A stretch of 40,499 bases of DNA from a virus (IMGVR_UViG_2667527965_000002), one strand, 5' to 3'; numbered from the stretch's first letter, positions 16,780-26,795 are shown. Notes: generated from the letters alone by a model not told the origin. Translations and numbers: made by a program.

Positions 16780-17220
16780 TTAATAGGATATTTTATCGGA
16801 AGACTTGAGCGCTTTTAATGTAGCTTCAAGTATATCGAGAAATAGATCAACATCTTCATAATCATAAGATGGATTAGGTTTGTACTCCCCAATGTAAACC
16901 AACCCATTTTTACCTAAAAAGAAGCTAATTACTTCCTTGTTATTTTCATCAGTTGAGTCAGTTGCAACGAACTTCAAAAGAGGGGCTTCATTGATGACTA
17001 CCAGTTTCTCATTGAAAACGAGTTCTAACCCATATGTTGAAAGTTCTAGGGTTAGTCTGTTTTCTGCATCTTGATTGAAAATCAAGGTGTTAGAAGTTAA
17101 AGAACTTTCTTTGCATGAGTCAATAACGTTTTTCTTAAGTTTGATTGCTTTTTCATCTAAAGCCTTTTTGTGTTCTGCACACTTAATAACCTTACGGACG
17201 TCTAAATAGTCGATGCTCAT
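16780..17220 (-). CDS. AT-rich antisense moron: hypothetical soluble protein
   Basis: 146 aa from ATG 17220 with AAGAGG SD; low GC; opposite to flanking late genes; hairpin GCAGGCAC/GTGCCTGC at 16750-16772 downstream. Confidence 0.55.
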   Translation of the reverse strand: MSIDYLDVRKVIKCAEHKKALDEKAIKLKKNVIDSCKESSLTSNTLIFNQDAENRLTLELSTYGLELVFNEKLVVINEAPLLKFVATDSTDENNKEVISFFLGKNGLVYIGEYKPNPSYDYEDVDLFLDILEATLKALKSSDKISY

Positions 17221-17311
17221 AATTAAACCTCTTATTGATGAGTTAATAAACATTGAGCCATTAAGGCCAATATCAATACTAAAGAATGAGAAAGTTTAAG
17301 TTATTAGAGTT

Positions 17312-17599
17312 ATGTCTCAATTTGATGCCACTTCGAACACAAAAATGAACCTAACAAGAGGTCATATGCGTCTAACTGTATTAGATGACGATCCCGGCAG
17401 GAAGATTAATCTCGGTGTAGAGCGATACGCTGTTTTTCTCGATGGTATAGAGGTTAAGCATGTCTTCACTGCTGACGATGAGAAGGGCGAAGTAATCGCA
17501 GCCGTTCCTGATGAGCGTGGTTATATGACGACAGAGAACGGTGAAGTGAAGCGGCATACGCTTCACGGCTCTGTGAGGATTGAACCATGCCAGCGTTAA
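17312..17599 (+). CDS. Hypothetical phage protein
   Basis: 95 aa ORF upstream of the HNH endonuclease gene. Confidence 0.45.
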   Translation: MSQFDATSNTKMNLTRGHMRLTVLDDDPGRKINLGVERYAVFLDGIEVKHVFTADDEKGEVIAAVPDERGYMTTENGEVKRHTLHGSVRIEPCQR

Positions 17600-17937
17600 T
17601 CCCTCGCGCATGTCGCAAGAGAGGTTGTCCCGGTACGACTACGGACCGTTCAGGCTACTGTGAGCAGCATCGAAATGAGGGCTGGCAACAGCACCAGCAG
17701 GGTAAGAGCCGCCATCAGCGTGGCTACGGCAGTAAGTGGGATATCAAGCGCGCGCGCATCCTGAAGCGTGATAATCATCTGTGTCAGAACTGCCTGCGTA
17801 GTGGACGTGCTGTCGCGGCCACAACCGTTGACCATATCAAGGCTAAGGCACATGGGGGTACCGATGATGATTCGAACCTCGAAAGCCTGTGCTGGCCCTG
17901 CCACCGCTCGAAAACAGGTCGCGAGCGCTTTAAATGA
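17587..17937 (+). CDS. HNH endonuclease (packaging-associated, HK97 gp74-like position)
   Basis: Cys pairs CxxC ... CxxC and HxxxxH ... DH HNH motif (VDHIKAKAHGGTDDDSNLESLCWPCH); adjacent to terminase small subunit. Confidence 0.85.
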   Translation: MPALIPRACRKRGCPGTTTDRSGYCEQHRNEGWQQHQQGKSRHQRGYGSKWDIKRARILKRDNHLCQNCLRSGRAVAATTVDHIKAKAHGGTDDDSNLESLCWPCHRSKTGRERFK

Positions 17938-18093
17938 TAGTAATTATCATCAACAGGCGTAGAGGGGAGGGGGAGGTCAAATCCCTGTAGCCGGGAGCCC
18001 AAAGGACCGCCGCCTAGCCTTTCTTCACATCGCCGCAGGTTAGAAAACTTTTTTTGGGGTTCCCCAGCCGATGATTAATAGGAGTTTTCGATT
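17938..18093. other. Candidate cos region between HNH and terminase small subunit
   Basis: Non-coding GC-rich segment; element GGACCGCCGCCT (reverse complement AGGCGGCGGTCC) resembles lambda cohesive end GGGCGGCGACCT; purine-rich AGAGGGGAGGGGGAGG tract. Confidence 0.3.
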
Positions 18094-18567
18094 ATGTCAG
18101 GACCGCCGAAAACCCCTACCCATCTGCGTTTGGTGAGGGGTAACCCATCAAAACGACCGATCAACAATAACGAGCCGAAACCACCTAAAGGGGTCCCCCC
18201 AGTTCCCAAGCATTTCGACAAGCAGGGGAAGTACTGGTTTAAGCGGATGGCTGAAGAGTTGGACGCCATCGGCGTGATCTCCCAGCTTGACGGGCGAGCC
18301 CTTGAACTGCTTGTGGAAGCGTATACCGAATACAGACATCACTGCGACACGCTGGAGATTGAGGGGTATACGTACCGAACTGAAACGCAGACTGGTGACG
18401 TCATGATAAAGGCACATCCGGCAGCAATTATGAAAGCCGACGCCTGGAAAAGGCTGCGAGCCATGCTTGGTGAGTTCGGAATGACGCCTGCCAGTCGATC
18501 GAAAGTAAGTACAAAAACTCCGGGCGAAGTTGATCTTATTGCTGAATTTATGAAAGCGAGGGACTAA
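18094..18567 (+). CDS. Terminase small subunit (P27/HK97-like family)
   Basis: 157 aa; AGGAG SD; immediately precedes large terminase. Confidence 0.85.
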   Translation: MSGPPKTPTHLRLVRGNPSKRPINNNEPKPPKGVPPVPKHFDKQGKYWFKRMAEELDAIGVISQLDGRALELLVEAYTEYRHHCDTLEIEGYTYRTETQTGDVMIKAHPAAIMKADAWKRLRAMLGEFGMTPASRSKVSTKTPGEVDLIAEFMKARD

Positions 18568-20324
18568 TGGCTAAAGTTTCCGATGGGATACGTTACGCCG
18601 AACGCGTCGTTGCCGGTGAAGTTATCACTTGTGAATTTGTCCGTCTCGCCTGCCAGCGTTTTCTTGATGATCTGAAGTACGGTGAAGAACGTGGTATCTA
18701 TTTCAGCGAGCCCCGCGCACAGCACATCCTCAACTTCTATAAATTCGTGCCTCATGTTAAAGGAGCACTGGCAGGCCAGCCGATTGAGCTGATGGACTGG
18801 CATGTTTTCATTCTTATCAACATCTTCGGTTTTGTTATCCCCCTGGTAAATGAAGAAACAGGCGAAGTTGTGTTGCGTAATGATGGCAGTGGCCGTCCTG
18901 TGATGGTCCGCAGGTTTCGCACGGCATATAACGAGGTAGCCCGTAAAAACGCCAAGTCGACATTATCCTCTGGCGTTGGTCTCTATATGGCTGGCGCCGA
19001 TGGTGAGGGCGGGGCAGAGGTTTATTCCGCAGCGACAACGCGGGATCAGGCTCGCATCGTTTTTGAAGATGCGAAAAACATGGTTAAAAAAGCGAAACCC
19101 ACACTGGGGCGACTGTTTGAATTCAATAAACTGGCGATCTACCAGGAGCAGACAGCATCCAAGTTTGAACCGCTTTCTTCTGATGCCAACAATCTGGATG
19201 GTCTCAATATCCATTGTGGCATCGTCGACGAACTTCATGCGCATAAAACCCGTGATGTCTGGGACGTTCTGGAGACTGCAACCGGCGCACGATTGCAGTC
19301 CCTTCTGTTTGGCATAACGACAGCGGGTTTTAACAAAGAAGGTATTTGTTACGAGCTGCGCGATTATGCCATTAAGGTGCTGCGTGGTTATAACAGCGAA
19401 GTGGAAGGCGCGGTAAAAGACGATACCTTTTTCGCCATCATCTTCACCCTGGATAAGGATGATGATCCGTTTGATGAAACGGTCTGGCAAAAGGCTAACC
19501 CTGGGCTTGGTATCTGTAAGCGCTGGGATGATCTTCGCCGCCTGGCTAAGAAGGCCAAAGAACAGGTTTCCGCCAGGGTTAACTTTTTTACCAAACACAT
19601 GAATATCTGGGTGACGGCAGAGTCAGCCTGGATGGACATGATTAAGTGGGAAAACTGTGAGTTTATAGCCCCCCGTCATGAGCTGAAAACCTACCCGATG
19701 TGGGCTGGCGTGGATCTGGCCCACAAGATTGATATTTGCGCAGCAGTAAAACTCTGGCGGGCAGACAACGGCCACGCGCATGCAGACTTTAAATTCTGGT
19801 TACCCGAAGGGCGGCTGGAAAAATGTTCCGCTCAAATGGCGCAGATGTATCGCAAATGGGCCGAGCTTGGAAAGCTGGAACTGACCGATGGTGATGTTAT
19901 CGATCATGCGCAGATTAAAGCTGATTTTCTGGAATGGATTAGCGGCGAAAACCTGAAGGAAACCGGGTTTGACCCCTGGAGCGCAACGCAGTTTAGCCTG
20001 GCTCTGGCAGAAGAGGGTGTGCCGCTGGTAGAGGTTCCGCAAACGGTCAGAAACTTTTCTGAGTCAATGAAAGAAGTGGAGTCTCTGGTTTATGGTGGGC
20101 GTTTTCATCACAGCAATCATCCGGTTATGAACTGGATGATGTCTAACGTCACCGTCAAGCCTGACAAAAACGACAATATCTTTCCGAACAAATCCACGCC
20201 AGAAGCGAAAATAGACGGGCCTGCCGCCTTGTTTACCGCAATGAGCCGCATGCTTGTAAACGGCGGCGAACAACAGGACAGCCTCTCTGACCATCTGGAA
20301 AGTTACGGCGTCCGTTCATTATAA
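18567..20324 (+). CDS. Terminase large subunit
   Basis: 585 aa; ATPase and nuclease regions characteristic of large terminases; start overlaps small-subunit stop. Confidence 0.9.
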   Translation: MAKVSDGIRYAERVVAGEVITCEFVRLACQRFLDDLKYGEERGIYFSEPRAQHILNFYKFVPHVKGALAGQPIELMDWHVFILINIFGFVIPLVNEETGEVVLRNDGSGRPVMVRRFRTAYNEVARKNAKSTLSSGVGLYMAGADGEGGAEVYSAATTRDQARIVFEDAKNMVKKAKPTLGRLFEFNKLAIYQEQTASKFEPLSSDANNLDGLNIHCGIVDELHAHKTRDVWDVLETATGARLQSLLFGITTAGFNKEGICYELRDYAIKVLRGYNSEVEGAVKDDTFFAIIFTLDKDDDPFDETVWQKANPGLGICKRWDDLRRLAKKAKEQVSARVNFFTKHMNIWVTAESAWMDMIKWENCEFIAPRHELKTYPMWAGVDLAHKIDICAAVKLWRADNGHAHADFKFWLPEGRLEKCSAQMAQMYRKWAELGKLELTDGDVIDHAQIKADFLEWISGENLKETGFDPWSATQFSLALAEEGVPLVEVPQTVRNFSESMKEVESLVYGGRFHHSNHPVMNWMMSNVTVKPDKNDNIFPNKSTPEAKIDGPAALFTAMSRMLVNGGEQQDSLSDHLESYGVRSL

Positions 20325-20334
20325 AGAGGCAGTT

Positions 20335-20520
20335 ATGATCCTGATGATTCTCGCCCCGTTGATCGGGGTGATGGGCGCTATTTTGCTTTCGTTTGGTGTA
20401 TGGATGATTTATCCGCCAGGAGGCTTAATCAGTGCGGGTATGCTTTGCCTTATCTGGTCATGGCTGGTTTCCCGCACGCTTTCGCTGGCCGGGAAAACAT
20501 TGCGAGGAGGGACTGACTGA
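20335..20520 (+). CDS. Small membrane protein
   Basis: 61 aa, two hydrophobic helices; stop overlaps portal start (TGATG). Confidence 0.45.
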   Translation: MILMILAPLIGVMGAILLSFGVWMIYPPGGLISAGMLCLIWSWLVSRTLSLAGKTLRGGTD

Positions 20521-21749
20521 TGTTTTTCCCCGGAATGTTCAAAAAAAGTGACGCCCCTGTCACTACTCCGGCAGAACTCGCTGAAGCAGTGGGAATGACT
20601 TACGACACCTATACAGGGAAAAGGGTAAGCAGCCAGAAAGCCATGCGGCTTACAGCGGTTTTCGGTTGTATCAGGGTTCTTGCTGAGTCGATGGGCATGC
20701 TGCCCTGTAACCTGTACAAGATAACCGGAAACAGCAAACAAAAAGCGACTTCCGAAAGGCTGCATAAATTACTGACGATGAAGCCAAATGATTACATGAC
20801 CCCCCAGGAGTTCTGGGAACTGGTCATTGTCTGTCTTTGTCTTCGCGGTAATTTTTACGCCTACAAAGTTAAAGCGCTTGGCGAGGTGGTGGAGCTTCTA
20901 CCCATTGATCCTGGGTGTGTTGAACCAAAGCTTAACAGCCAGTGGCAGCCGGTTTACCAGGTAACATTCCCCGATGGCTCAACAGATGTGCTTGGGCAGG
21001 ATGATATCTGGCATGTCAGAACGCTTACCTTTGACGGGCTGGTGGGGCTGAACCCTATAGCCTATGCAAGAGAAGCAATATCTCTGGGAATGGCAACAGA
21101 GGAACATGGGGCGCGGTTGTTCTCAAATGGCGCGGTTACCTCCGGTGTACTCCGCACTGAACAAACGCTCACTGACGCTGCTTATACAAGGCTGAAAAAA
21201 GATTTTGAGGATCGACATCTCGGGCTGAGCAATGCGCACCGACCAATGATTCTCGAAATGGGGCTCGACTGGAAATCGATGGCGCTCAATGCGGAAGACA
21301 GTCAGTTTCTTGAGACCAGGAAATTCCAGCTGGAGGAAATATGCCGCCTGTTCCGGGTGCCGATGCACATGGTGCAGAACACTGATCGCTCGACGTTTAA
21401 CAATATTGAAAATCTCGGCATGGGGTTTATCAATTACTCGCTGGTTCCGTATATGACCCGCATAGAGCAGCGAATCAACATCGGGCTGGTGAAGGAATCA
21501 AAGCAGGGTGTGTACTACGCAAAATTCAATGCCGGCGCATTGCTGCGCGGGGATATGAAGTCGCGATTTGAGGCGTATTCAACAGGCATTAACTGGGGTA
21601 TTTACTCACCAAATGACTGCCGGGAACTTGAAGAACTTAACCCACGCGCAGGCGGAGATATTTACCTTACGCCAATGAACATGACGACGAAGCCGTCAGA
21701 CAGCAGCAAGAACAAAATAACTGAGGAACAACATAATGCCGATGACTAA
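20520..21749 (+). CDS. Portal protein (HK97 family)
   Basis: 409 aa; position after terminase; portal-family length and motifs. Confidence 0.9.
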   Translation: MFFPGMFKKSDAPVTTPAELAEAVGMTYDTYTGKRVSSQKAMRLTAVFGCIRVLAESMGMLPCNLYKITGNSKQKATSERLHKLLTMKPNDYMTPQEFWELVIVCLCLRGNFYAYKVKALGEVVELLPIDPGCVEPKLNSQWQPVYQVTFPDGSTDVLGQDDIWHVRTLTFDGLVGLNPIAYAREAISLGMATEEHGARLFSNGAVTSGVLRTEQTLTDAAYTRLKKDFEDRHLGLSNAHRPMILEMGLDWKSMALNAEDSQFLETRKFQLEEICRLFRVPMHMVQNTDRSTFNNIENLGMGFINYSLVPYMTRIEQRINIGLVKESKQGVYYAKFNAGALLRGDMKSRFEAYSTGINWGIYSPNDCRELEELNPRAGGDIYLTPMNMTTKPSDSSKNKITEEQHNADD

Positions 21750-22389
21750 ACAGCGGCTGGATATTCCGCTACAGCTAAAGTCTGTCAGCGACAGCGGGGA
21801 GTTTGAAGGTTATGGCTCTGTTTTTGGCGTAAAGGACAGCTACGATGATGTTGTCGTGCCAGGCGCTTTTTCGGCCTCCCTTCAGGCATGGAAAGAAAAG
21901 AATGCTCTCCCTGCATTACTCTGGCAGCACCGTATGGATGAACCCATCGGTATTTACACGGAGATGAAAGAGGATGAGGTTGGCCTTTATGTTAAAGGCC
22001 GGTTACTCATTGATGACGATCCCCTTTCGAAACGCGCACACGCCCACATGAAGGCCGGTTCTTTAACCGGCCTTTCTATTGGTTACATGCTGAAAGACTG
22101 GGAGTACGACCGTGTTAAGGGCGTGTTCCTTCTCAAAGAGATCGACCTGTGGGAAGTCAGTCTCGTCACGTTTCCGTCGAACGATGAAGCGCGTGTAAGT
22201 GATGTCAAAAGCGCATTTTCCCGCGGAGAAATCCCTTCTCAAAAAAGTATTGAACGAGTCCTGCGCGATGTTGGGCTCTCACGCACCCAGGCTAAAGCAT
22301 TCATGGCCGGGGGTTATAGCTCACTTTCACAGCGTGATGTTGATGAAGTGAGTACCGCACTGGATGCACTGAAAAACATCAAATTTTAA
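21736..22389 (+). CDS. Prohead maturation protease (HK97 family)
   Basis: 217 aa; overlaps portal 3' end; precedes capsid gene. Confidence 0.85.
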   Translation: MPMTKQRLDIPLQLKSVSDSGEFEGYGSVFGVKDSYDDVVVPGAFSASLQAWKEKNALPALLWQHRMDEPIGIYTEMKEDEVGLYVKGRLLIDDDPLSKRAHAHMKAGSLTGLSIGYMLKDWEYDRVKGVFLLKEIDLWEVSLVTFPSNDEARVSDVKSAFSRGEIPSQKSIERVLRDVGLSRTQAKAFMAGGYSSLSQRDVDEVSTALDALKNIKF

Positions 22390-22402
22390 TCAGGAGTTAA
22401 TT

Positions 22403-23611
22403 ATGTCAGTTGACGTTAAAGACGTAGAGCAGGTCGCGCAGGAACTGCAGGCGAAGTTTGATGCGTTCAAAGAAAAGAACGATAAGCGCCTGGAAGCAGT
22501 TGAACAGGAAAAGGGCAAGCTGGCGGGGGAGGTTGAAACCTTAAACGGCAAGTTGTCTGAACTGGATGAACTTAAATCTGCGCTGGAAGAGGAACTGAAG
22601 CAGGTTAAACGTCCAGCCGGTGGTCCTCAGAGCAAAGCCGCAAGCGAACATAAAACCGCTTTCATTGGCTTTATGCGTAAGGGTAAAGATGACGGGCTGC
22701 GCGAACTTGAACGCAAAGCTCTGCAGGTCGGTGTGGATGAAGATGGTGGCTACGCCGTGCCGGAAGAGCTGGATCGCACGATCCTTAATCTTCTGAAAGA
22801 TGAAGTGGTGATGCGCCAGGAGGCGACAACCATTACAGTCGGCGGCGCTAACTATAAAAAACTGGTTAATCTCGGCGGTACGGCTTCGGGATGGGTTGGT
22901 GAAACGGATGCCCGCCCGGAAACCGATGCGTCTAAGCTCGGCCAGATTGAGCCGTTCATGGGGGAAATTTACGGTAACCCGCAGGCCACTCAAACCATGC
23001 TGGACGATGCTTTCTTCAACGTCGAAGACTGGATCAACAGCGAACTGGCAATTGAATTTGCAGAGCAGGAAGAAATCGCCTTTACCAGCGGGAACGGGAC
23101 GAAGAAGCCGAAAGGTTTTCTGGCATACGCCTCCACGCTTGATCCGGACAAGACTCGTGCATTTGGTACTCTCCAGCACATTCTCTCTGGCGCTGCGACG
23201 GGTGTAACGGCTGATGCGATCATCAAACTGGTCTACACGCTGCGTAAAGTGCATCGTAATGGCGCTAAGTTCATGATGAACAACAACAGTCTGTTTGCTA
23301 TCCGAATCCTGAAAGATTCAGAAGGCAACTACCTGTGGCGTCCTGGTCTGGAACTGGGTCAGCCTTCCTCTCTGGCCGGGTACGGTGTGGCAGAGAACGA
23401 ACAGATGCCGGATATCGCTGCTGATGCTAAAGCAATTGCATTTGGCAATTTCAAGCGTGGTTACACCATTGTTGACCGCATCGGCACCCGCATTCTTCGT
23501 GACCCCTACACCAAAAAACCATTCGTTGGTTTCTACACCACCAAACGAACCGGGGGAATGCTGGTGGATTCTCAGGCCATTAAACTGCTGCAGATCGGCA
23601 CTGGCGCTTAA
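22403..23611 (+). CDS. Major capsid protein (HK97 fold) with N-terminal coiled-coil delta domain
   Basis: 402 aa; N-terminal about 100 aa highly charged coiled-coil then capsid domain; AGGAG SD. Confidence 0.9.
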   Translation: MSVDVKDVEQVAQELQAKFDAFKEKNDKRLEAVEQEKGKLAGEVETLNGKLSELDELKSALEEELKQVKRPAGGPQSKAASEHKTAFIGFMRKGKDDGLRELERKALQVGVDEDGGYAVPEELDRTILNLLKDEVVMRQEATTITVGGANYKKLVNLGGTASGWVGETDARPETDASKLGQIEPFMGEIYGNPQATQTMLDDAFFNVEDWINSELAIEFAEQEEIAFTSGNGTKKPKGFLAYASTLDPDKTRAFGTLQHILSGAATGVTADAIIKLVYTLRKVHRNGAKFMMNNNSLFAIRILKDSEGNYLWRPGLELGQPSSLAGYGVAENEQMPDIAADAKAIAFGNFKRGYTIVDRIGTRILRDPYTKKPFVGFYTTKRTGGMLVDSQAIKLLQIGTGA

Positions 23612-23649
23612 TTCTCTGGGGCTTCGGCCCCGATTTTTCGAGGTGATTT

Positions 23650-23900
<251 letters not shown>

Positions 23901-23904
<4 letters not shown>

Positions 23905-24224
23905 AACCGTCTATTGCCGAATTACGGCAGCAATGCCGGATAGACAGCGATGATGTTTCTGAAGATCAGACACTGGCGATATATCTCAGTGCAGCAAAGT
24001 CCCATGCTGAGAAAATTGTAAACAGGGCTCTATACGATACGAGCATCCCGGACAGTGACCCTGATGGCATCATCATCAGCGACGATATCAAGCTAGCGTT
24101 AATGCTTCTTGTCAGCCACTGGTACGAGAACAGAGAGCCGGTAAATATTGGCAATATTACAAGCACATTGCCGTTTGGTGTTCAGGCTCTCCTGGGGCCG
24201 CACCGGAAGCACCCGGGAACATAA
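23901..24224 (+). CDS. Head-tail connector protein (gp6-like)
   Basis: 107 aa; position after capsid; RIDSDDVSEDQTLAIYLSAA motif typical of this family. Confidence 0.7.
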
Positions 24225-24233
24225 GGGGGGTAT

Positions 24234-24572
24234 ATGCAGGCAGGTCGATTACGCCATCGCGTTACTATCCTGAACTTTACTTCTTTTCGCGATACGACAG
24301 GCCAGCCGGTTGAAGAGTGGCAGGAGGGAAAGACCATATGGGCGGAAGTGCTGGGTATCAGTGGTCGTGAGCAGTTGCAATCAGGAGCTGAAACAGCGCA
24401 GGCAACAATTCGGGTGTGGGTCCGTTTCCGGCGTGATGTGACTGCTGCGTCAAGATTAAAGGTGCTCACAGGACCATTTAAAGGCGCGGTACTGAATATC
24501 ATCAGCCCCCCCATACCCGACAGTAAAGCCACCAGGCTGGAAATACTCTGTAAAAATGGAGCAGAAAAATGA
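24234..24572 (+). CDS. Head-tail adaptor / head closure protein
   Basis: 112 aa; RHRVTI ... FKG motif and position. Confidence 0.7.
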   Translation: MQAGRLRHRVTILNFTSFRDTTGQPVEEWQEGKTIWAEVLGISGREQLQSGAETAQATIRVWVRFRRDVTAASRLKVLTGPFKGAVLNIISPPIPDSKATRLEILCKNGAEK

Positions 24573-25018
24573 TTGATATCACTCTGGATTTTTCTGGCCT
24601 TGAAGAGATATCCCGCGATCTGGAATTACTGAGCCGTGCCGAAAACAACAAAGTTCTGCGCGATGCCACTCGAGCTGGTGCTGAGGTTCTGAAAGATGAG
24701 GTGATAGTAAGAGCGCCTGAACGAACCGGCAAGCTGAAGAAAAACGTTGTGGTGCTGACGCAGCGATCACGTAAACGCGGTGATATTTCATCCGGTGTTC
24801 ATATTCGTGGGCGAAACATGCGAACGGGTAACAGCGATAATTCAATGAAAGCCTCCGATCGACGTAACGCGTTTTACTGGCGATTTGTCGAAATGGGCAC
24901 AGTGAATATGCCCCCACATCCTTTTGTCCGTCCTGCGTTTGATACCCGTGAAGAACTGGCAACGCGAGTCGCTATGAAACGTATGAACCAGGCGATTGAT
25001 GAGGTGCTGAGTAAATGA
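24569..25018 (+). CDS. HK97 gp10-family tail component
   Basis: 149 aa; position and family-typical sequence. Confidence 0.7.
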   Translation: MIDITLDFSGLEEISRDLELLSRAENNKVLRDATRAGAEVLKDEVIVRAPERTGKLKKNVVVLTQRSRKRGDISSGVHIRGRNMRTGNSDNSMKASDRRNAFYWRFVEMGTVNMPPHPFVRPAFDTREELATRVAMKRMNQAIDEVLSK

Positions 25019-25362
25019 CGGAAGATGACCTTTATCTTTTGCTGAGGCCGCAGGCCGGTGGACAGGTTTATCCCTACGTTGCGCCGTTGGGCAGTGATGG
25101 TCAGCCCTCGATATCGCCACCCTGGATTATCTTTTCCATCGTCGATGATGTTTCCGCTGACGTGCTGTGTGGCCAGGCAGAGAGCAGGGTTTCCGTTCAG
25201 GTCGATGTGTATTCCACTTCGATCGCTGAATCACGCTCTCTGAGAGATTTGGCGCTCTCTTCGCTTAAGCCGTTAAACCCTACAGAGGTGGTAAAAATCC
25301 ACGGATACGAGCCAGACCGTCGGCTCTACCGTGCCACCCTGGATTTTAAAGTTACCCCCTGA
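25015..25362 (+). CDS. Tail completion / terminator protein (gpU-like)
   Basis: 115 aa directly upstream of the major tail gene. Confidence 0.55.
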   Translation: MTEDDLYLLLRPQAGGQVYPYVAPLGSDGQPSISPPWIIFSIVDDVSADVLCGQAESRVSVQVDVYSTSIAESRSLRDLALSSLKPLNPTEVVKIHGYEPDRRLYRATLDFKVTP

Positions 25363-25379
25363 CAATTAATTCACCCACG

Positions 25380-25407
25380 AACCCGCCTGATGGCGGGTTT
25401 TCTTTTT
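25380..25407 (+). terminator. Intrinsic terminator-like hairpin
   Basis: Stem CCCGCC/GGCGGG, loop TGAT, followed by TTTTCTTTTT. Confidence 0.55.
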
Positions 25408-25420
25408 CCAGGAGACAGAT

Positions 25421-25864
25421 ATGTCTGCACTTTATGAAAAATCGCAGCTGACGAAGATCCTTATTTCCTCCCTGCCAGCCACCAAAGAAACGATGGATTC
25501 CGCAACCTTCCTCGATCTGAGTTGCACCATCAAAGAAATTCAGTTCACCGGTGGTCAGAAGCAGGATATCGACGTAACAACACTTTGCTCTACCGAGCAG
25601 GAGAACATCAACGGCCTGCCTTCTCCGTCAGAAATCTCTCTGTCCGGCAACTTCTACAAGAATCCGGCGCAGGACGCCTTGCGTGAAGCGTATGACAACG
25701 ATACGACCTACGCGTTCCAGGTTATCTTCCCGTCCGGCAAGGGCTTTAAGTTCCTGGCTGAAATCCGCCAGCACACCTGGTCTTCCGGTACCAACGGCGT
25801 AGTGGCGGCAACGTTCTCCCTGCGCCTGAAAGGTAAGCCTGAAAACATCGAGTCTGGCTCCTGA
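25421..25864 (+). CDS. Major tail tube protein
   Basis: 147 aa; strong SD AGGAGA; precedes G/T chaperone pair. Confidence 0.65.
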   Translation: MSALYEKSQLTKILISSLPATKETMDSATFLDLSCTIKEIQFTGGQKQDIDVTTLCSTEQENINGLPSPSEISLSGNFYKNPAQDALREAYDNDTTYAFQVIFPSGKGFKFLAEIRQHTWSSGTNGVVAATFSLRLKGKPENIESGS

Positions 25865-25872
25865 GAGGTCTC

Positions 25873-26256
25873 ATGAAGAATATTAAAAATCTCGCCCTGG
25901 CTAAGATGTCGGGATTTCGCCATAAGACGGTCGCCGTTCCTGAGTGGGAAGGCGTCAAAGTGGTTCTCCGTGAGCCGTCAGGTGAAGCCTGGCTGCGCTG
26001 GCAGGAGGTGGTGAAAGGGGGGGCCGACGATGAAAATGTGTCGGTATCGGAAAAGGCGCACCGTAATCTTTGCGCTGACGTGGTGCTCTTCATTGACGTT
26101 CTGTGTGACACCGATAAGCAACCGGTATTCAGCGTAGACGAAGAAGAGCAGGTGCGTGAAATTTACGGGCCCGTGCACTCACGTCTGCTCAAACAGGCGC
26201 TTGACCTGATCAACAATGCGGACGAAGCGCGGGAAAAGTCTCAACCCCCGGCGTAA
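25873..26256 (+). CDS. Tail assembly chaperone (gpG-like)
   Basis: 127 aa acidic protein between major tail and tape measure genes. Confidence 0.65.
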   Translation: MKNIKNLALAKMSGFRHKTVAVPEWEGVKVVLREPSGEAWLRWQEVVKGGADDENVSVSEKAHRNLCADVVLFIDVLCDTDKQPVFSVDEEEQVREIYGPVHSRLLKQALDLINNADEAREKSQPPA

Positions 26257-26264
26257 AGTTTCTG

Positions 26265-26543
26265 ATGTCGCTTGCGCTCCGGATGGGGCGCACGCTCTCA
26301 GAGCTTCGGCAGAATATGACGGCAAGCGAGCTTCTGATGTGGATTGAGTACGACAGGCAAAGCCCGGTTGGCGATATTCGCGGTGATATCCATGCAGCGC
26401 AGATTGTCTCTGCCATCTACGGCTCGCAGGGGGCAAAAGTACCGCTGGACGATGCGATCCTGCGCTGGGGTGGTGATGAGCAATCAGAACCGAAGGACCC
26501 GTTTGCAGGGCTTGAGGCGGCACTTACAGCTGCGACACAATAA
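26265..26543 (+). CDS. Tail assembly protein T-like ORF, probably expressed as a G-T fusion by -1 frameshift
   Basis: -1 frame relative to G is open from 26205; A-rich CGGGAAAAG at 26230-26238 inside the overlap. Confidence 0.5.
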   Translation: MSLALRMGRTLSELRQNMTASELLMWIEYDRQSPVGDIRGDIHAAQIVSAIYGSQGAKVPLDDAILRWGGDEQSEPKDPFAGLEAALTAATQ

Positions 26544-26600
26544 TTGCTTCACATGCCTTCAATGTAGCGATACGCTCTTTCCTTAAGTAAAGGAGGCGTT

Positions 26601-26789
26601 ATGGAACCACTGGTAGTAGTGTTTGGAATATTCGGCTGGCTGATAAATCTAATTGTGATTTTTTATTTATTACGGTTTAGCACAAGGGCAAATGAACAAG
26701 TTGAAGCCCTTAAAGAGATAAATAAAAAGCAAGATGCGCAAATAGATTTATTAATACAAGTCGCTCACCAAAGAAAAGACAGTTTATAA
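26601..26789 (+). CDS. Small membrane protein (moron between T-like and tape measure genes)
   Basis: 62 aa; strong SD AAGGAGG; hydrophobic N-terminal helix; AT-rich; followed by hairpin and T9. Confidence 0.5.
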   Translation: MEPLVVVFGIFGWLINLIVIFYLLRFSTRANEQVEALKEINKKQDAQIDLLIQVAHQRKDSL

Positions 26790-26795
26790 CTCACG

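Noticed and set aside
18963-19598. 211-aa minus-strand ORF inside the large terminase gene
   Set aside because: Antisense shadow ORF; the terminase frame is continuous and conserved
22541-23254. 237-aa minus-strand ORF inside the major capsid gene
   Set aside because: Antisense shadow ORF of a confidently assigned capsid gene, with no RBS
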